Below are positions 61,971 through 64,000 of a stretch of DNA of 64,000 nt, in pieces. This DNA is from Microcoleus sp. (GTDB lineage Bacteria; Cyanobacteriota; Cyanobacteriia; Cyanobacteriales; Microcoleaceae), in the NCBI GenBank assembly GCA_042408215.1, contig JAYFMW010000017.1, positions 352,001 to 416,000 of the forward strand. The letters run 5' to 3'. A program made the position numbers and the translations under genes. Position 1 is the stretch's first letter. The number at the start of each line of letters is the position of its first letter. The notes below the pieces were generated by a model that searched no databases, was not told the DNA's origin, and was given only the letters and a program-made list of their open reading frames with translations.

Positions 61971-62327
61971 TTATGCTGATAAAATTTGGCGAATCCGACG
62001 CTCTAGAAGTTCGAGATCGAGTCCACCTTCATCGCGGCTAATGCGACGCACGGTGACGTTGACATGGCTCAAATCAGCCAACAAATCTTGGAGGATTTCC
62101 TGTTGTTGGCGAGCTTGAGTTATTTCGCGCGGTTCCTGTACCAAGTCGCGGACAATGGTGTCCTCAGCCCGCGAAGCAACGATCGGGTCTGGTTCGCCTT
62201 CTATATGCACGAAAGTGCGCCGTCCTGGCCCGCGTTCTTCTTCAATGGGGATGACTGCTGTTACTTTGTCCGATCGCACATATTTGCCAAATCCTAGATG
62301 GACTAAGACGGAAGATTGTATTTTCAT
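61971..62327 (-). CDS. Conserved hypothetical protein (RemA-like N-terminus)
   Basis: LVHLGFGKYVRSDKVTAV resembles the RemA/DUF370 start; C-terminal coiled coil. Confidence 0.65.
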   Translation of the reverse strand: MKIQSSVLVHLGFGKYVRSDKVTAVIPIEEERGPGRRTFVHIEGEPDPIVASRAEDTIVRDLVQEPREITQARQQQEILQDLLADLSHVNVTVRRISRDEGGLDLELLERRIRQILSA

Positions 62328-63015
62328 AGATAGCAAGTTTTATTTGTAAGTTATCTATATTTTAACCTTTACACCCTGAAATAACAACTACTTTGGCAAT
62401 TATTTAGACTACAATATATGTCGGTTTTCTCTCGGCTTTATAGTTGTCAATATTGGCAAAAAATGCTAATATTGGTTGTATTCCAACAGTCTTATCTTCG
62501 CACAATCCGACCGTCCTGCCGGGGTTTCAACCCCAGCCTCAAAGCTAAATTCCTCTTAAGAGGACTGAAGAATTTATTCAAAATGCTCGAAGCTGTAAAT
62601 TTAATTTCATCCAACAATGTTATTACATATCATATCTATTTCGGTGGGTTCGGAATGATTTAACCGCAGAGAACACAGAGAACACAGAGAAAGAGAAAAG
62701 AGAGCTGCATAATTCGGATGTTAACAGATTTAATATCATTCAATATCTGGGTTGAATCCAATTACTAAATAAAATACGATTCCATAGTCCTCAGAGCGAG
62801 GATTTTCTCTATGAGAGAGGGGTTGAAACCCCTGTCGGACTGTCGGAGTGTAGGAATATCTGTGGAAATCTCGGACTGTTGGTGCGCGACTGTTAGCTGA
62901 TGTGTTAACATGAAAATAGAGCAATGTGCGATCGCCCGCAACGCATTTCAGGGGTTCAGTCTACCGATTTGAGATTTGAGCGTTACTTCCACGGAAAAAC
63001 AGGAAAGCCTAAATT

Positions 63016-63177
63016 ATGCTAATTAGTCTCGACTTAGTTATCAGTCTCCTGACAGCCATTCCCTTCGGCACTATCAAAGACAAGTTTCATCGCAAGGAAA
63101 CTGTCATCACAATATTAAAAAGATTTAACCTCGACCCCGATACCCCACCAGCCGATTTTATTAGAAAATTTGGTTGA
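63016..63177 (+). pseudogene. Truncated N-terminus of a cyanobacterial NACHT-type protein
   Basis: IKDKFHRKETVITILKRFNLDPDTPPADF resembles the N-terminal module of cyanobacterial NACHT proteins; stops after 53 aa. Confidence 0.45.
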
Positions 63178-63270
63178 TTAGCGATCGCATTTTGCGTTGC
63201 GCCGCCAACCCCCGTAGCGGACTACAAACCTGAGTGGTAAAATTGGTTAAAGACTTTAATAATTGTCAAA

Positions 63271-64000
63271 ATGCTAAGCAGCGCCTCATTGAGAAAAACC
63301 GGGTCGGGGTGGGAATTTGCAAGTGAAGAAGCGTTAGAGGATTTTGTCGAATTTCACTTGCCAAGTTTGCTCGGTTTGACAGTCATCAAGCGGCAATTCA
63401 CTGTCAACGAGCAAAGATGCGATATTATAGCGGCGGACGAGAATAAACGGTTAGTTGTGCTGGAGTTGAAAAACGCCGAAGATAGATATGTCGTTCAGCA
63501 GTTAACCCGTTATTACGATGCTTTGTTGGAATACAAACCTTTTGCCGATCGTGTGGATTACGATCGACAAGTTAGCTTAATAGCAATTGCGCCAAAATTT
63601 CACAGGGATAATTTTACAGACAGGAAGTATCACGGGCTCTTTTTTCAGTTTTTGCAATTTGCGATCGTCTTTTCTGAGGACAACTTAAATTTACAACTGA
63701 AAGATGTAGATACTGAACAGATTGCACAAGTAGAGATTACATATCAGCCAAGAGAAAGCACGGACAATATACTGACTCCACCCAGAGAGTTTCGGAATCT
63801 ACTCAAGAAGTTTATTGATGACGAACAACAGGTAATCTGGAGAATTCGGGAGAAGATTCTCGGATTTGACACCCGTATACAAGAAATAATTTGCTCTAAA
63901 AGCATTAGCTATGGTAAAGGTAAAAGTAAACTATGCGCTCAGATTTGTGTAGATAGAAGAGCTAAGGAAGGTTATATTAGACCAATACTCATGTTATGGC
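63271..64000 (+). CDS. NucS/DUF91-like PD-(D/E)xK endonuclease domain protein (runs off the window)
   Basis: WEFASEEALEDFV, RCDIIA, LVVLELK and QQLTRYY. Confidence 0.8.
   Translation, partial: MLSSASLRKTGSGWEFASEEALEDFVEFHLPSLLGLTVIKRQFTVNEQRCDIIAADENKRLVVLELKNAEDRYVVQQLTRYYDALLEYKPFADRVDYDRQVSLIAIAPKFHRDNFTDRKYHGLFFQFLQFAIVFSEDNLNLQLKDVDTEQIAQVEITYQPRESTDNILTPPREFRNLLKKFIDDEQQVIWRIREKILGFDTRIQEIICSKSISYGKGKSKLCAQICVDRRAKEGYIRPILMLW

Noticed and set aside
62418..62924. ORFs 62418-62663 and 62736-62924
   Set aside because: Largely built from an inverted pair of a dispersed repeat (ggggtttcaacccc / agtcctc..gagga); no protein-like signal.

Overview
This 64 kb window comes from a filamentous cyanobacterium, probably Oscillatoriales/Microcoleus-like. 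Support: dense HIP1 GCGATCGC sites, heptamer STRR tracts, ndhS, and a cyanobacterial-type kdp operon. In order it holds: kdpA-B-F/G-C-D; an IS4 remnant; a TPR gene coupled to a small secreted peptide; a non-autonomous IS200/IS605 element with tnpB; smpB; exosortase O and its PEP-CTERM substrate; Rieske, HAS-barrel, ndhS, HIT and comM/yifB genes; a toxin-antitoxin island (hicAB, orphan HTH and HicB genes, HipA-like kinase + HIRAN); purB, a D-Ala-D-Ala dipeptidase, SH3, NACHT and Uma2 genes; and pdhB-secD-secF. A ~20 kb co-oriented light-sensing cluster follows (RcaC-like regulator, two-GAF cyanobacteriochrome kinase, duplicated CheY-like receivers, multi-PAS hybrid kinase, biliverdin-type phytochrome, REC-GGDEF cyclase). 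It is interrupted by a TnpB-derived MITE and a frameshifted IscB/omegaRNA element. Several conserved genes close the window. Intergenic DNA is crowded with nested repeat and MITE families. There is no rRNA, tRNA or CRISPR array. All calls come from reading motifs by eye; no database searches were run.
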